DNA of 60,177 bases, the filler included, from Squatina squatina (lineage: Eukaryota): NCBI GenBank assembly GCA_031763465.1. It is 4 parts of 4 records of this genome, joined end to end, with 100 filler letters (N's around TTAATTAATTAA, not from the genome) between each part and the next. Parts side by side here need not be neighbours in the genome. Positions count along the whole stretch, not along the records: positions 45,709 to 60,177 come from JARFOE010000115.1; 3 more parts are not named here. One strand, 5' to 3'. A model generated the notes under the pieces. That model was not told the DNA's origin and ran no database searches. It saw only the letters and a list, made by a program, of their open reading frames with translations. Position 1 is the first letter of the stretch; each line of letters begins with the position of its first letter. The position numbers were made by a program, and so were the translations under genes. Positions 59,511 to 60,177 of this stretch are shown here, piece after piece.

Positions 59511-60177
59511 GTATCACCTCAGATCAGTGTCCATAGTATACTATGGTAATGACAGATGCCAAAACCCACATCACAGAAGTTGGAAACTGAAGGCCAATGA
59601 CAATGTAAGAATGGTTAGAAAGCCAATGCAAGATTTTCTATAATATGTATCTTATAAGGTGGGTTTGATAGCTGTCAACTTACAGGAAAGTGAGCACATC
59701 TGGGATTACAGTGAGTGCACATGCTGACTGGCGTGAATGAACAAGTGTGTGTGTCAAATATTATGAAATGTCGAAAATTTCAGTTGTTTCTTATTATTTT
59801 TCAATGTTGTCGAGAGCAAAGCTTTACTATCTTGGGAATTCCAAATGGCTTTGATATATAAAAAAATAATTGATCTTGATCTTTCGGGAACTACAGTAAC
59901 TGGGGCCCCCGGCAGGAACATTGCAAAGGTTATAAGGACAAGGACTCACGTGAGACCATTCCATTTTCTAGTTATTAATTTTCATTAGGTTTCCCCTTTC
60001 CTTAACTGAAAGCTTTTGTAGAAAGTTCATGTTAACTCCTTAACTTCTGGAGTTTTTGTTTTGACACTGAATCCAATACTATCAGTATCATGGAAGGAAG
60101 AATAAAGGATCACAGTTATATGCAAAAATGCATTGTCAATTACGTAACGGCATGAACAAAAATCTGATGAACAATTA

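Overview
Fragmented vertebrate genomic DNA, most likely from a shark or other cartilaginous fish. This is inferred from HER1-like CR1 LINEs with (TTCTATGT)n tails, Deu-domain SINEs, L2, Penelope and PIF/Harbinger remnants. It is not prokaryotic: I found no operons, rRNA, true tRNA or CRISPR. Three artificial N44-TTAATTAATTAA-N44 linkers split the window into four blocks (1-16569, 16670-31430, 31531-45608, 45709-60177), and there are many 100-N gaps, so adjacency is unreliable. The only confidently identified host coding sequence is a partial exon of CDKAL1 (tRNA ms2t6A methylthiotransferase) at 8239-8342; the rest is intronic or intergenic. Notable observations are a decayed DIRS-type retrotransposon RT that the ORF track misses, a TNF-ligand-like micro-exon ending in RPMAHLT, a four-level nested LINE stack, an internally deleted two-gene Harbinger element, an intact hAT MITE with an 8-bp TSD, SINE-derived minisatellites, a duplicated pseudo-exon, a 29-bp GNRA hairpin and several enhancer-like motif clusters. 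I cannot support a complete, previously undescribed functional system from this sequence alone; the best leads are listed in findings.
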